Assembly (NCBI GenBank): GCA_963815115.1
Contig: CAWFFN010000007.1
Location: 736,001-800,000 of the forward strand
DNA: 64,000 nt
Origin: an uncultured delta proteobacterium
GTDB lineage: Bacteria; Desulfobacterota; Binatia; DP-6
Direction of reading: 5' to 3'
Each line of letters opens with the position of its first letter. The stretch's first letter is position 1. Under the pieces are notes generated by a model. The model had not been told where the DNA came from. It ran no database searches and was given only the letters and a program-made list of their open reading frames with translations. Positions 49,407-61,557 of this stretch are shown here, one piece after another. Position numbers and translations under genes: made by a program.

Positions 49407-49793
49407 CTACGGCCCCCCTCGCACCGCCACCGCCTCGATCTCCACCCGCGCCCCCGCCGGCAGCGCCACCACCTGCACCGTCGCCCGCGCCGGATGCGGC
49501 GCCCGGAAATACCCCGCGTAGACCTCGTTGACGAGCCCCATCTCTCCCAGGTCGATCAGGTAGACCGTCGTCTTGACGACGTCGTCGAGCGTGTGGCCGC
49601 TCGCGTGCAGGACCGCCGAGAGGTTCTCCAGCACGCGCACGAGCTGGCCCCGGGTCCCGCCCTCGACGAGCTTCCCGGTCGCCGGGTCGATCCCGATCTG
49701 GCCCGCCAGGAAGACGAAGTCGCCCGCCAGCACCGCCTGCGCGTAGGGGCCGACCGGGCGGGGCGCGTCCTCCGCCTCGACGGTCGTCCTCAC
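49407..49793 (-). CDS. ridA: RidA/YjgF family enamine deaminase
   Basis: APRPVGPYAQA, GQIG, VVKTTVYL, PARATVQV..LP.GARVEIE; GTGA overlap with rel. Confidence 0.93.
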   Translation of the reverse strand: MRTTVEAEDAPRPVGPYAQAVLAGDFVFLAGQIGIDPATGKLVEGGTRGQLVRVLENLSAVLHASGHTLDDVVKTTVYLIDLGEMGLVNEVYAGYFRAPHPARATVQVVALPAGARVEIEAVAVRGGP

Positions 49794-51942
49794 GTCCGCA
49801 CCCGGTGCACCTTCATCACGCCGCGCACGCGGCCCAGGTTCCGCATCACCGAGTTCAGCTCGTCCATGTTCCCCACCATGAGCTCGAAGGTGTTCTGCGC
49901 CTTGTGATCGCCCATCGCGTGCACCTGCGCGCGGGCGATGTTGATGCCGGTCGAGCTGATCGCCTTCGACATGGCCGCCAGCAGCCCGGGCCGGTCGACG
50001 CACGTCACCTCGATCTTCACCGGCCGCGGCATGTCGTTCTTGCCGTTGTCCCACTGGACGTCGATGCGGCGCTGGGGATCGGTCTCCAGCACCTTCGGAC
50101 AATCCTGCGCGTGCACCGTCACGCCGCGGCCACGCGTGATGAAGCCCGCGATGCGCTCGCCCGGAAGGGGCTGGCAGCACTGCCCGAAGCGCACCAGCAT
50201 GTCCTCCACGCCCGACACCCGTACGCCGCTCTTGGGCTGGCGGCTGACCAGCCGCATGAGCCGCTGAAGCGCGCTCTCCTTTTGCTCGCGGCGCCGTTCC
50301 AGCTCCTCCTCGGGGAAGATCTTGGCCAGCACCTGCTGTCCTGTGAGCTTGCCGTAGCCCACGTCGGCGAGCAGCGACTCCTCGTCGCTCACCCCGAGCT
50401 CCTTCAGTACGCGCTCGAGCGTGCCGTCCTTGCGCAGCTTGGCGAGGTCGAGCTGGTGGCGGGCGAGGTCGCGCTCCAGGATCTCACGCCCCACCGCGAC
50501 GGAGCGCTGGCTCTGCTGGCCCTTGATGTAGGTCCGGATGCGCGCCTTGGCGCGCGAGGTCCGCACCAGCTTCAGCCAGTCCTTCGACGGGGCCTGGTTG
50601 GTGGTGGTGATGATCTCGACCGTGTCGCCGCTCTGCAGCTGATAGCGCAGCGGGACGAGCTTGCCGTTCACCCGCGCGCCCGCGCAGTGCCGGCCGACCT
50701 CCGAGTGGATGCGATAGGCGAAGTCGATCACGGTTGCCCCGACCGGAAAGTTCAGCAGGTCCCCCTTGGGGGTGAAGGCGAAGACCTCCTCGCTGAAGAG
50801 GTCCTCCTTGACGGTGCGCAGGAACTCGTCCGGATCCTGCAGGTGCTGCTGCCATTCCAGCATCTGGCGCAGCCAGGCGAAGCGCTGGTCGGTGTCCGGC
50901 GGGCCCGCGGTACCGGGCGCCTTGTAGCGCCAGTGCGCCGCGATGCCGTACTCCGCCACGCGATGCATCTCCCGCGTCCGGATCTGGATCTCGATGCGCG
51001 CGCCGTACGGCCCGATCACCGTCGTGTGCAGCGACTGATAGGCGTTCGCCTTCGGCAGCGCGATGTAGTCCTTGAAACGCCCCGGGACCGGCCGCCAGCT
51101 GGCGTGCACGACGCCGAGCGCCTCGTAGCACTCGCTCACCGAGTCGACCACGATGCGGAACGCGATCAGGTCGTAGATCTGATCGTAGAGCAGGTTCTGC
51201 GCCTGCATCTTCTGGTAGATCGAGAAGAAGTGCTTCGGGCGCCCGACCACCTCGGCGCCCTCCATGCCCGCCTCGTCCAGCTTGCGCTGGAGCTGCGAGA
51301 TGACCTCGCGGATGTAGCGCTCGCGTTCGGTCTTCTTCTTCGCGACGTTGCGCTTGAGCTGGTAGTAGACCTCGGGATGGAGGAAGCGCAGCGCGTTGTC
51401 CTCCAGCTCGCTCTTCATCCCGTAGATGCCGAGCCGGTGCGCGAGCGGGGCGTAGATGTCGAGGGTCTCCTGCGCGATCTCGACCTGCTTCTCGGGCTTC
51501 AGGTGCGCGAGGGTGCGCATGTTGTGGGTCCGGTCGGCGAGCTTGATCAGGATGACGCGGATGTCGCGCGCCATCGCCAGGAGCATCTTGCGGAAGTTCT
51601 CCGCCTGCTTCTCCTCGCGCGAGGTGAAGTTGATCTGGCCGATCTTGGTGACCCCGTCGACCAGCCCGGCAATCTCCTTTCCGAACATGGTCTCGAGCTG
51701 CGGCAGCGTCGCGAGCGTGTCCTCGACGGTGTCGTGCAGGAGCCCGGTCGCCACGCTGGGGACGTCGAGGCGGAGGTCGGCGATGATGCCGGCCACCTGG
51801 ACCGGGTGCGTCAGGTAGGGCTCCCCGGAGAGCCGGCGCTGGCCGCGGTGCACCTCGGCCGAGAACTCGTAGGCGCGCTCGATCGTCTCGAGGGGCGCCG
51901 CCGGGCTGTAGGCCCGGACCTTGTCGAGGAGATCAACCAGGG

Positions 51943-51946
<4 letters not shown>
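49790..51946 (-). CDS. spoT: Bifunctional (p)ppGpp synthetase/hydrolase (Rel/SpoT)
   Basis: SGEPYLTHP, HDTVED, KLADRTHNMRTL, YQSLHT, EIQIRT, TGS, CCQPLPG, ACT. Confidence 0.95.
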
Positions 51947-53372
<1,426 letters not shown>

Positions 53373-53376
53373 CGCC

Positions 53377-54366
53377 CTACTCGCCCCGCACCGTGGCGGC
53401 CAGCTCGGCCGCGGTCACGGTGGCGGTACCCACCTTGGCGACCACCAGCCCGGCCGCGTGATTCGCCAGCACCGTCGCCTCCTCCAGGCTCGCGCCGGCG
53501 CCGAGGGCGAGCGCGCAGGTCGCCACCACGGTGTCGCCCGCACCGGTGACGTCGAAGATCTCGCGTGCCACGGTCGGGAAATGCCGCACCGGCCGGCCGC
53601 GCCGGAAGAGCGCCAGGCCGTCCTCGCCGCGCGAGATGAGCACCGCCTCCGCGTCCCAGCGCTCGAGCAGCCGGGTGCCCGCCGCCCGCAGCGAGTCGCG
53701 ATCGGTGATCGCGATTCCGGACGCCACCGCGGCCTCCTCGCGGTTCGGCTTGACCAGCGACACCCGACGATAGTGGGCGAAGTTGGCCGACTTCGGATCG
53801 ACCACCCACAGGAAGGATCGCCGCGCGTGGGCGTCGGCGAGTGCGTCGAGCAGCGCCGGCGTGACGGTGCCCTTGCCGTAGTCCGACACCACGACGACGT
53901 CGACCCGCCGCAGGTGCGCGAGCACCCAGTCGCGCAGGCGCTTCGCCGCCCGTCCGTCCGGCACCCGCGGGCCCTCGCGATCGAGGCGGACGACCTGCTG
54001 GTGGTGCGCGATGATGCGCGTCTTCTGCGTCGTGGCACCGTCGGAAACGCGGATGACGCCGTCGGTCGCCGCACCGAGGCCGGCCAGCGCGTCGAGCAGC
54101 CGGCCGCCCGCCCCGTCGCGTCCGACGATGCCGGCAACCAGCACACGTCCCCCGAGGGCGGCGACGTTGCTCACCACGTTGCCGGCGCCGCCCGGGCGCA
54201 GGTCCTCGTCGATCACGTGGACGACCGGCACCGGCGCCTCGGGCGAGATGCGCTCGACCCGGCCCCAGACGAACTGGTCGAGCATCAGATCCCCGACCAC
54301 CAGCACGCGCACGCCGCGCAACCGCCGGACCAGCGCCGCGAGTCGCCTGCCGGTCACGCCGCGCAT
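53377..54366 (-). CDS. rfaE1: D-glycero-beta-D-manno-heptose-7-phosphate kinase (stand-alone HldE domain I)
   Basis: VVGDLMLD, RISPEAPVPV, GGAGNV, SDYGKG, DVTGAGDTV, KVGTA. Confidence 0.94.
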   Translation of the reverse strand: MRGVTGRRLAALVRRLRGVRVLVVGDLMLDQFVWGRVERISPEAPVPVVHVIDEDLRPGGAGNVVSNVAALGGRVLVAGIVGRDGAGGRLLDALAGLGAATDGVIRVSDGATTQKTRIIAHHQQVVRLDREGPRVPDGRAAKRLRDWVLAHLRRVDVVVVSDYGKGTVTPALLDALADAHARRSFLWVVDPKSANFAHYRRVSLVKPNREEAAVASGIAITDRDSLRAAGTRLLERWDAEAVLISRGEDGLALFRRGRPVRHFPTVAREIFDVTGAGDTVVATCALALGAGASLEEATVLANHAAGLVVAKVGTATVTAAELAATVRGE

Positions 54367-55433
54367 GGGGGCTCCCCGTAGCAGGCGAGCGTGCCCTCCG
54401 CCATACGCGCGGCGGTGTAGCGCGCCAGGACACGCTCCCGTCCCGCTTCGCCAAGGCGGCGGCGCAGCGCGGGATCGCCGGCGAGCCTTGCCAGCGCCGC
54501 CCCCAGGGGTAGCGGATCGCCGGGCGCCACCAGCAACCCGCTGTCCCCGTCGGCGACGGCTTCCGCGAGCCCGCCGACGCGGCTCGCCACCACCGGGCGC
54601 GCCGCCGCCATGGCCTCGAGCGCGGCGACCCCGAGCCCTTCCTTGAGGGAGGGCATGGCGACGATCTGGGCCGCTGCCAGGCAGCCCGGGACGTCGGTCT
54701 GCTGGCCCGCGAACACGACCGAGGCGCCGAGCGGGCCCGCGAGCCGACGCAGCGCCGCCTCCTCGCTGCCGCTGCCGCAGAACACGTAGCGCAGCCGCGG
54801 ATGGTCGCCGGCGAGCTGCCTGGCGGCCGTGAGGAGGACCGCGTGGCCCTTGCGGCGCTCGAGCGCACCCAGCGTCAGGACGAGGACGTCGTCCGCCGCG
54901 ATGCCCCACGTCCTCCGGTGCGCGTCACCGGCGGCGGGGCTCGCCTGCATCGCCGCCGCGTCGATGCCGCTCGGTACGACGCGGATGCGCTCGGCCCGGA
55001 CGCCGGCCCGGACGAGCGCCGCACGCACGCCCTCCGAGATGGCGATGACCACGTCGACCGCGCGGTTGTAGAGCCAGCGCGCGTACGGCCCGCCGCGCGG
55101 CAGGTAGTCCATCCGGCGCGTCACCACCAGGCGCGCCCCGAGGCCGCGGCAGAACGGAGCCAGGGCATGTGCCCGTGCGGTGTGGAAGTGCACCACGTCG
55201 TGGCCCGCGACCAGCCCACGGAGCCGGAGGCCCGCACGCGCGTCGAGATTGTTCGCGACCCGGAGCGGGAGGACCGGCACGCCGGCCGCGGTCGCCTCGC
55301 GAGCCAGCCGGCCGGCTGGATGCGCCGCCAGACGCGCGCGGTGGCCGCGTGCCGCCAGCTCGCGCAGCAGCGCGATCACCTGCACCTCCCCGCCGCCCCA
55401 GCCGGTCTCCGGGTCGACGTGCAGGACGTCCAT
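54354..55433 (-). CDS. GT4 glycosyltransferase
   Basis: WGGGEVQV, RKGH, PSLKEGLGVAALEAMA. Confidence 0.9.
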   Translation of the reverse strand: MDVLHVDPETGWGGGEVQVIALLRELAARGHRARLAAHPAGRLAREATAAGVPVLPLRVANNLDARAGLRLRGLVAGHDVVHFHTARAHALAPFCRGLGARLVVTRRMDYLPRGGPYARWLYNRAVDVVIAISEGVRAALVRAGVRAERIRVVPSGIDAAAMQASPAAGDAHRRTWGIAADDVLVLTLGALERRKGHAVLLTAARQLAGDHPRLRYVFCGSGSEEAALRRLAGPLGASVVFAGQQTDVPGCLAAAQIVAMPSLKEGLGVAALEAMAAARPVVASRVGGLAEAVADGDSGLLVAPGDPLPLGAALARLAGDPALRRRLGEAGRERVLARYTAARMAEGTLACYGEPPCAA

Positions 55434-56638
55434 CACGCGGCTTCCGCGAAGCGCATCAGGACCGCCGTGGTGAGCCACATGCCGATTGCGACCTCGGCAT
55501 CGCCGAAGCTGTACTGGGTCAGCCCGGCGAGGAGGAAGGTGACGATGCCGGCGCAGGCACCGGCGGCGGTCGCCCACTCGGCCGGTGCGCGCGCCGTCCC
55601 GATCGCCGCGAAGCCTCGCCGCAGGATGACGGCGAAGACCAGGCAGAAGGCCGCGAGCCCGAGCAGCCCGGCTTCCGCGGCCACCTGGAGCACGTTGCTG
55701 TGGGCGTGGGAGCGGCGGTCGGCCTCGGGATGGCGGTCGTAGTATGGCATCGCCCGTCCGCGGTAGCGCCCGAAGCCCAGGCCGAGCAGCGGGTGATCGT
55801 GGATGATGTCGAGGTTGGCCCGCCAGATGGCGATGCGCGCGGTGTTCTCGCCGCTGGCCGTGAAGATCGGCGCCGCCTGCTCGCGCAACCCCGCGGACCA
55901 CCCCGCCGCGGCCACCGCGACGGCGGCCGCCGCACCCAGCAGCAGCACGCCGCGCCGTCCGCTCAGGCCGGCGAGCAGCACTCCCCCCGCCATGCCCGCG
56001 AGCCAGACGCCGCGCGCGGTCGAGAAGATCACCGCGAACGCGAGCAGGACGGCCGCCACCGCCGCCATGATCGAGCCCGTCACGGCGAATGCCCCCGCCC
56101 ACGCGAGCGGGAAGATCATCGCGTGCGCGTACGTCAGGTAGTTGCGGAAGAAGCCGACGACGGCGAACCCCTCCGCGCCGGCGATCCGCGGCCGAGCCCG
56201 GGTCGCCAGCCCGAGAAGCCCGCGGTACCAGTCGACGCCGGTGAAGTGCTGCAGGATGCCGTAGGCGCCGGCGACGCCGCCGGCCGCCACCACCCAGAGC
56301 GCCAGCCGCCGGGCGTGGTCACGATCGCGCAGCCACCAGAACACGACGAAGTAGGTGAGCACCACCCAGTAGCGTCCCCAGCCTTCCGCCTTCAGCACGT
56401 TCCCCTCGGCGAGGGTGCTGAGCACGAGGACGCCGACAAAGAGGCCGAGCACCCCGTCCAGCGGCGTGCGCCGGATGACGTTCCAGGAACGCCCGATCCC
56501 GCCGGCGGCGAGCACGGCGAGGGCGCCGACGCCGATCTCCATGCCGCTGATCGACAGCGGCACCGACGCGGCGGTGAAGGCCAGCAGGACGTCGGCGAGC
56601 CTCCGGATCGGCGGCGGCGGATCGCTCGGCGCCGGCAC
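55433..56638 (-). CDS. O-antigen ligase (WaaL/Wzy_C) family
   Basis: Multiple TMs, STARGVW, RIAIW...HPLLGLGFG, HAHSNVLQVAAEAG. Confidence 0.88.
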   Translation of the reverse strand: MPAPSDPPPPIRRLADVLLAFTAASVPLSISGMEIGVGALAVLAAGGIGRSWNVIRRTPLDGVLGLFVGVLVLSTLAEGNVLKAEGWGRYWVVLTYFVVFWWLRDRDHARRLALWVVAAGGVAGAYGILQHFTGVDWYRGLLGLATRARPRIAGAEGFAVVGFFRNYLTYAHAMIFPLAWAGAFAVTGSIMAAVAAVLLAFAVIFSTARGVWLAGMAGGVLLAGLSGRRGVLLLGAAAAVAVAAAGWSAGLREQAAPIFTASGENTARIAIWRANLDIIHDHPLLGLGFGRYRGRAMPYYDRHPEADRRSHAHSNVLQVAAEAGLLGLAAFCLVFAVILRRGFAAIGTARAPAEWATAAGACAGIVTFLLAGLTQYSFGDAEVAIGMWLTTAVLMRFAEAA

Positions 56639-56641
56639 CCG

Positions 56642-58039
56642 CTACACGCCCCGTCGCGTGAGCATGACCTTCATCGTCTCCGACAGGATGCGCAGGTCGA
56701 GCCACAGGGTGCGGTTGTGGATGTAGGCCAGGTCGTACTTGAGCTTGGTCGTCGCCGAGGTGTGGTACTCGCCGTTCACCTGCGCGTACCCGGTGAGCCC
56801 GGGCCGCACCTTGAGGCGCTCCGCATAGCCCTCGATGTCGAGCTGGTAGCTCTTCACGAACTCGGGCCGCTCCGGGCGCGGCCCGACGAAGCTCATGTCG
56901 CCTCGCAGCACGTTCAGGAGCTGCGGCAGCTCGTCGAGCCGCGTGCCGCGCAGCACCCGGCCGAGGAGCGTCACGCGCGGATCGTTCTCCGTCGCCATCA
57001 CCGGTCCCGTCCCGCGCTCCGCCTCGACGTGCATGGTGCGGAACTTGAAGATGGTGAATGGCTCGCCTCCGCGCCCGACCCGGGTCTGGCGGTAGATCAC
57101 GGGACCGCGCGACGTGACCCCGACCGCGAGCGCGACCAGCAGCATCACGGGGACGGCCGGCACGAGGAGGACCGCCGCCAGCACCGTGTCGAACAGCCGC
57201 TTGGTCACGCTGCCAGGCCCGCCCGGCACGTCGTCGAACACCTCGATCAGCGGGATGTCGTGCAGGCGCAGGGTCTCGCGGCGGCCGATCAGGATCTCGA
57301 ACGGCGACGGCACCACGGAGATGCGCGCGCGGACGCCGGGCCAGCGGCTGAAGGTGTCGAGCAGGTGATCCTGCCAGGACGGGTCGGAGGCGATGATCAC
57401 CTCGTCGATGGCGTGCTTCACGCACAGGGCCGGCAGGTCCTCGCGCGTCCCGAGCACCGGGACCGACTCGAGCGCGCGGGATCTGGTGCCGTTCGAGCTG
57501 CTGACGGCGACCCCGACGATGTCGAGTCCGAGCCACTGCTGCCCGCGCACGGTCGCGATCACCTCCGCGGCGGTGGCGTTGGTGCCGACCACCACCACGC
57601 GCCGGCGCGGGTACCCGCCGAGCAGCGCCGAGCAGCCGAGGCGCCAGACCATCAGGAGCACGGCGTTCAGCACGGCGAAGACGATGAAGATCGAGCGCGG
57701 GAAGACCAGGTCCTGACGGAAGAAGTAGACCGCGATCAGGAGCAGCGCCTGCAGGCCGGCAGCGGCGGCGACCGCGCCGAGGTGCGGTCGGGGGTTGAGC
57801 ACCGCGCGCGTCTCGTAGAGACCGAGGAAGTAGAGGGTGGCGAGCTGCGCCACCAACATCTCGGTCCAGTGGTGGTTCACCTCCGCGAAGCGCAGCGCCG
57901 GCAGGTAGCCCTGCGTGAGCGGGAAGGGCACGACGACGCGCAACGTGAAGGACAGGAGGTAGGCCAGGCAGGACGCCAGGAGGTCGCCCGCCGCCAACAC
58001 GGCCCACCGAACCCGCCACCCCCGATCGCGCCGGTGCAC
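56642..58039 (-). CDS. Undecaprenyl-phosphate sugar phosphotransferase (WcaJ/WbaP family)
   Basis: KRLFD, FKFRTM, DELPQLLNVLRGDMSFVGPRPERP, PGLTGYAQV. Confidence 0.93.
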   Translation of the reverse strand: MHRRDRGWRVRWAVLAAGDLLASCLAYLLSFTLRVVVPFPLTQGYLPALRFAEVNHHWTEMLVAQLATLYFLGLYETRAVLNPRPHLGAVAAAAGLQALLLIAVYFFRQDLVFPRSIFIVFAVLNAVLLMVWRLGCSALLGGYPRRRVVVVGTNATAAEVIATVRGQQWLGLDIVGVAVSSSNGTRSRALESVPVLGTREDLPALCVKHAIDEVIIASDPSWQDHLLDTFSRWPGVRARISVVPSPFEILIGRRETLRLHDIPLIEVFDDVPGGPGSVTKRLFDTVLAAVLLVPAVPVMLLVALAVGVTSRGPVIYRQTRVGRGGEPFTIFKFRTMHVEAERGTGPVMATENDPRVTLLGRVLRGTRLDELPQLLNVLRGDMSFVGPRPERPEFVKSYQLDIEGYAERLKVRPGLTGYAQVNGEYHTSATTKLKYDLAYIHNRTLWLDLRILSETMKVMLTRRGV

Positions 58040-58051
58040 GGGGGCGAGATA

Positions 58052-59263
58052 TCAAACGCTTCGACCCGCGCAAGGAGCGCGGGGCGCTGCTGCACGACTC
58101 GATTCCCAGGCCGCCTCCACACCCGCCGCGGATTCCTCCCAGCGGTAGCGCCGCTCCACCACGGCGCGCGCCGCAGCGGCCATGGCGCGGGCGCGGGCCG
58201 GATCGCGCAGCAGGGCCACCGTGGCGGCGGCCAGCGCCGCGGCATCGCCGGCCACCAGCAGGTGCGTGCCCGGTGTCACGTCCAGGGCGGCCGCCACGGT
58301 CGGCGTCGCCACCACCGGCGTCCCCACCGCCATCGCCTCCAGCACCTTGTTCTGCAGTCCGGTACCCGCGCGCATCGGCACCAGGGCGACCGTCGCGGCG
58401 GCCAGCTCCGGCGCCATGTCGGGGACCGCGGCGGCGAGCGACACGCCCGGCGTGCGGGTGAGCGCGCGCACCGCGCGCGCGGGTCGCGCGCCGACCAGGT
58501 GCAGCTCCGCGGCCGGCAGCGCGGCACGGATGCGCGGCAGGATGTCGGCGACGAGCCAGCGCGCCGCATCCACGTTCGGGAAGTAGCCGAGGTTGCCCGC
58601 GAAGACGACGCGAGCCGCGGGTCGCGGCCCGTCGCGGTAGGCGAACGCCTCGGCGTCGACGCCGTTCGCGACCACCGCGATGCGATCGCCGCCACCGAGC
58701 GCGTCGCGCTCGCGCGCCGACACGACCAGGGAACGCGACGCCCGCGCGATGAGCGCGCGCTCGAAGCGCGCCAGCCGCGTCGCCTCCCACGCCGCCACCG
58801 GCGCGAGCGGGCCGCGCTCCCGTCGCGCGCGTCCGGCGAGGTTGGCCGACAGGGCGTCGATCAGGTCGAGTACCACCGGCACCTCGTCGGCCTCGGGCAG
58901 ATAGGGTGCCGTGCGCACCAGCTGGGCATGCACCAGATCGAAGCGTCCGGCACGCAGCAGCTCTTCGACGCGACGGCGCGCAGCCGCGCGCAGGTAGAGC
59001 AGCACCTGGAGCGGACGCGGGTCGCCGAGGAGCGCGCGGGCCAGCGCCGGCGCCGCTCCGGCGGTGCCGAGCGCGACGACCTCGAGCCGCACGCCGAGCG
59101 TCTCGACGGCAGCACGCAGCTCGGCCGGCGGCCGGCGGCTGACGAGCGCGCAGCACGTGATGTCGTGCCGCCCGGCCAGCACGCGGAGATGGTGGTAGGC
59201 GCGGACCTGGTCCCCCCGCCAGGGAGGCACCGGCAGCCGCGTCACCAGGAACAGGACCTTCAC
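58052..59263 (-). CDS. GT4 glycosyltransferase
   Basis: GDQVRAYH, GNLGYFPNVDA, GTGLQNKVLEAMA. Confidence 0.88.
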   Translation of the reverse strand: MKVLFLVTRLPVPPWRGDQVRAYHHLRVLAGRHDITCCALVSRRPPAELRAAVETLGVRLEVVALGTAGAAPALARALLGDPRPLQVLLYLRAAARRRVEELLRAGRFDLVHAQLVRTAPYLPEADEVPVVLDLIDALSANLAGRARRERGPLAPVAAWEATRLARFERALIARASRSLVVSARERDALGGGDRIAVVANGVDAEAFAYRDGPRPAARVVFAGNLGYFPNVDAARWLVADILPRIRAALPAAELHLVGARPARAVRALTRTPGVSLAAAVPDMAPELAAATVALVPMRAGTGLQNKVLEAMAVGTPVVATPTVAAALDVTPGTHLLVAGDAAALAAATVALLRDPARARAMAAAARAVVERRYRWEESAAGVEAAWESSRAAAPRAPCAGRSV

Positions 59264-60201
59264 ACGGCGTCCCAGCGCTTGGTGGTGCCGGCCTGCCGCC
59301 AGACGTCCGCGGTACGTCCCCGGCGATAGCGCCGCCAGGCGACGAAGTGCGCCGTCTCGCGCAGCGCCAGATAGACCCCGAGGCGTACGACGTCGGCGGG
59401 TCCGAGGGCCGCCAGCGCCGCCCGCAGCCCGGGCTGCCGCGCCGCCCGGCGGGCGAGCCCCGGGTACTCGGCCGCGCACTGCACCTTGCCCATCTCGATG
59501 CGAACGCGCTGGCGGAAGAAGTCCCCCGGCGTGGCCGGGAGCCGGACGACGACGCGCGCGCCCCGTGCCCGCGCCATGCGGTCGGGACCCACCGTGAGCT
59601 CGAGCCAGTGCTCCGGATCGAAGAGGTCCTCCGGCATCGACGCCGGCAATCCCTCCGGTCGCGCCGCGTAGAGCTGCGGCGACAGGTTGGGGAAGTCCAC
59701 CCGGTAGGGAATCGCCATCACCCGCTCGAACGCGGTCGGGCGCGCCTCGCACGCCGTCCTCGCGGACGCCAGGATCGCGTCGGGATGCGCTGCGAGCGCG
59801 TCGAGCAGGAGGCCGAACGTGTCGTCGGAGAACGACACGTCGGCATCGAGGAACAGGATCGCCGCACCGTGCGCGCGCCGCCGCAACAGCTCCCACGCGA
59901 TCGCCTTGCCGACGCGACGGGTACACAGCGCCGTCACCGCGGGCGGCGTGACGGGCGGATCCGGAGCGGCGTCGGCATCGACCTCCGCCAGCGGCGCGCC
60001 GTGCGCCGCCGCGAAGGCGCGCAGGTCGCGCAGCGCCCCGCAATCGGCGAACGCTCCGTTCAGGCAGACGATGACCTCGAGGACGTGGGTCTCCGCCTGC
60101 GCAGCGGTCTGCCAGCTCGCCCAGGCCGCGTCGAGCGTGCGCCCGAGCGCGGGTTCGTCGGTGCGGCAGGGGACGGCGAGCGTGACGAACGGAACGCTCA
60201 T
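59260..60201 (-). CDS. GT2/GT-A glycosyltransferase
   Basis: GKAIAW, ILFLDADV (DxD); stop/start overlaps with both neighbours. Confidence 0.75.
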   Translation of the reverse strand: MSVPFVTLAVPCRTDEPALGRTLDAAWASWQTAAQAETHVLEVIVCLNGAFADCGALRDLRAFAAAHGAPLAEVDADAAPDPPVTPPAVTALCTRRVGKAIAWELLRRRAHGAAILFLDADVSFSDDTFGLLLDALAAHPDAILASARTACEARPTAFERVMAIPYRVDFPNLSPQLYAARPEGLPASMPEDLFDPEHWLELTVGPDRMARARGARVVVRLPATPGDFFRQRVRIEMGKVQCAAEYPGLARRAARQPGLRAALAALGPADVVRLGVYLALRETAHFVAWRRYRRGRTADVWRQAGTTKRWDAV

Positions 60202-61064
60202 GCGGGAGCACTCAGACAGGCGCGCGCGACGCGACCGTAGGTTGCGGCCGTCGCCGGCCGGCCGACGATCGCGGCCAGCGCTGCCTTCAACCCGAACTTG
60301 CACGCGGCGAGCGCGCGGAACGTCCACAGCTGCGAGGGCCGCCCGCGGCGCGCGTAGAAGCGCAGCTCGCCCTTCACGACCTCGGCCTCGCGGCCGTTCC
60401 CGAAGCGCTGCCGCGCGCTCACGTTGGCGCCGTGCACGGCCTGCGCGGCGGGCACCAGGATGGTGCGGGCGCCGAGCCGCGCCGCGCGATGGCAGAGGTC
60501 CATGTCCTCGCCGTAGAGAAAGTAGGCCGGATCGAAGCCGCCGAGCTGGCGGAACAGGTCGCGGCGGATGGCGACGAAGGTGCCGTACACCCACTCGACC
60601 CGATGCGGGAGACGGCGGGCCCGCGCGGCGAGGCGCCCGAGCGTGGTGTCGAGGACGAGGTGCCGTACCGGCCCGAAGCGCGCCGCCGCGGGCTGCCAGC
60701 GCCCAGCCCCGTCGACCAGCCCGCCACCGGCGATCCCCGCCGCGGGCACGAGGCGCAGCGTGTCGGCCAGCGTCCGGACGGCGCCCGGCAGCACGCGCGC
60801 ATCGGGATTCAAGAACACCAGCACGTCGCCCTGGGCGTGTGCCGCCCCGTGATTCGCTCCCGCGGCGAAGCCGCGGTTGGCGCCGGTCTCGAGCACGGTG
60901 AGCCACGGGAAGGCGGTGCGCACCAGCGCCGCGCTCCCGTCGCTCGAGGCGTTGTCGACGACGATCACCTCGCAGCCCCTCCGGGCGTCGTCGGCGAGGC
61001 TCGCCACGCACGTCGCGAGGGCCTCGCCGGCGTTCCAGTTGACGATGACGACCGACTCGCCCAC
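60198..61064 (-). CDS. GT2 glycosyltransferase (rhamnosyltransferase-like)
   Basis: VIVNWN, VVDNASSDGS, NRGFAAGAN, FLNPD, GGFDPAYFLYGEDMDLC. Confidence 0.9.
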   Translation of the reverse strand: MGESVVIVNWNAGEALATCVASLADDARRGCEVIVVDNASSDGSAALVRTAFPWLTVLETGANRGFAAGANHGAAHAQGDVLVFLNPDARVLPGAVRTLADTLRLVPAAGIAGGGLVDGAGRWQPAAARFGPVRHLVLDTTLGRLAARARRLPHRVEWVYGTFVAIRRDLFRQLGGFDPAYFLYGEDMDLCHRAARLGARTILVPAAQAVHGANVSARQRFGNGREAEVVKGELRFYARRGRPSQLWTFRALAACKFGLKAALAAIVGRPATAATYGRVARACLSAPA

Positions 61065-61163
61065 GCACTCGCGTTCTAGCCTCCGGCGGGCGGAAAATCG
61101 AGGTACGGCGCCCCACGCTCGAACGGGGGTTGAGCGGTCGGCCCGGAGACGATACCTGGGCGC

Positions 61164-61523
61164 GTGCGCGGCTCCCGGCACTGGTCCAGGTCGTGGCTCC
61201 TGGGCGCGTTCTTCCTGGGCGCCTGCACCGGCACCAGCCACGTGCCGCTCCCCACGTTTCCGCAGCTCCAGGCAGTCGGTGAGATGAGCGAGTACGGCAC
61301 CGACCGGCTGCGAGCGGGTGAACAGTGCCGCACGGCGAGCGCCACCGTCGACGCCTACGTGCAGTGCATGAAGGGGAAGGGCTGGGAATTCGTCGACCGA
61401 GGAAGCGTCTACCCGGCACCGGAGTGCTGGAGCATTCGTACCACCGGCGACCCCCGGCAGATGCCGACCGCGCAGTGCTTCCGCCCGGCGTCCGCGTCGA
61501 ACGCGCCGGCCCGCACGCCGTAG
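61164..61523 (+). CDS. Small putative lipoprotein
   Basis: Lipobox FLGAC, four further Cys, CMKGKGW motif. Confidence 0.65.
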   Translation: MRGSRHWSRSWLLGAFFLGACTGTSHVPLPTFPQLQAVGEMSEYGTDRLRAGEQCRTASATVDAYVQCMKGKGWEFVDRGSVYPAPECWSIRTTGDPRQMPTAQCFRPASASNAPARTP

Positions 61524-61557
61524 GACGTCCGCGCACGGTCCCCCGAGCTGCTGGCGC

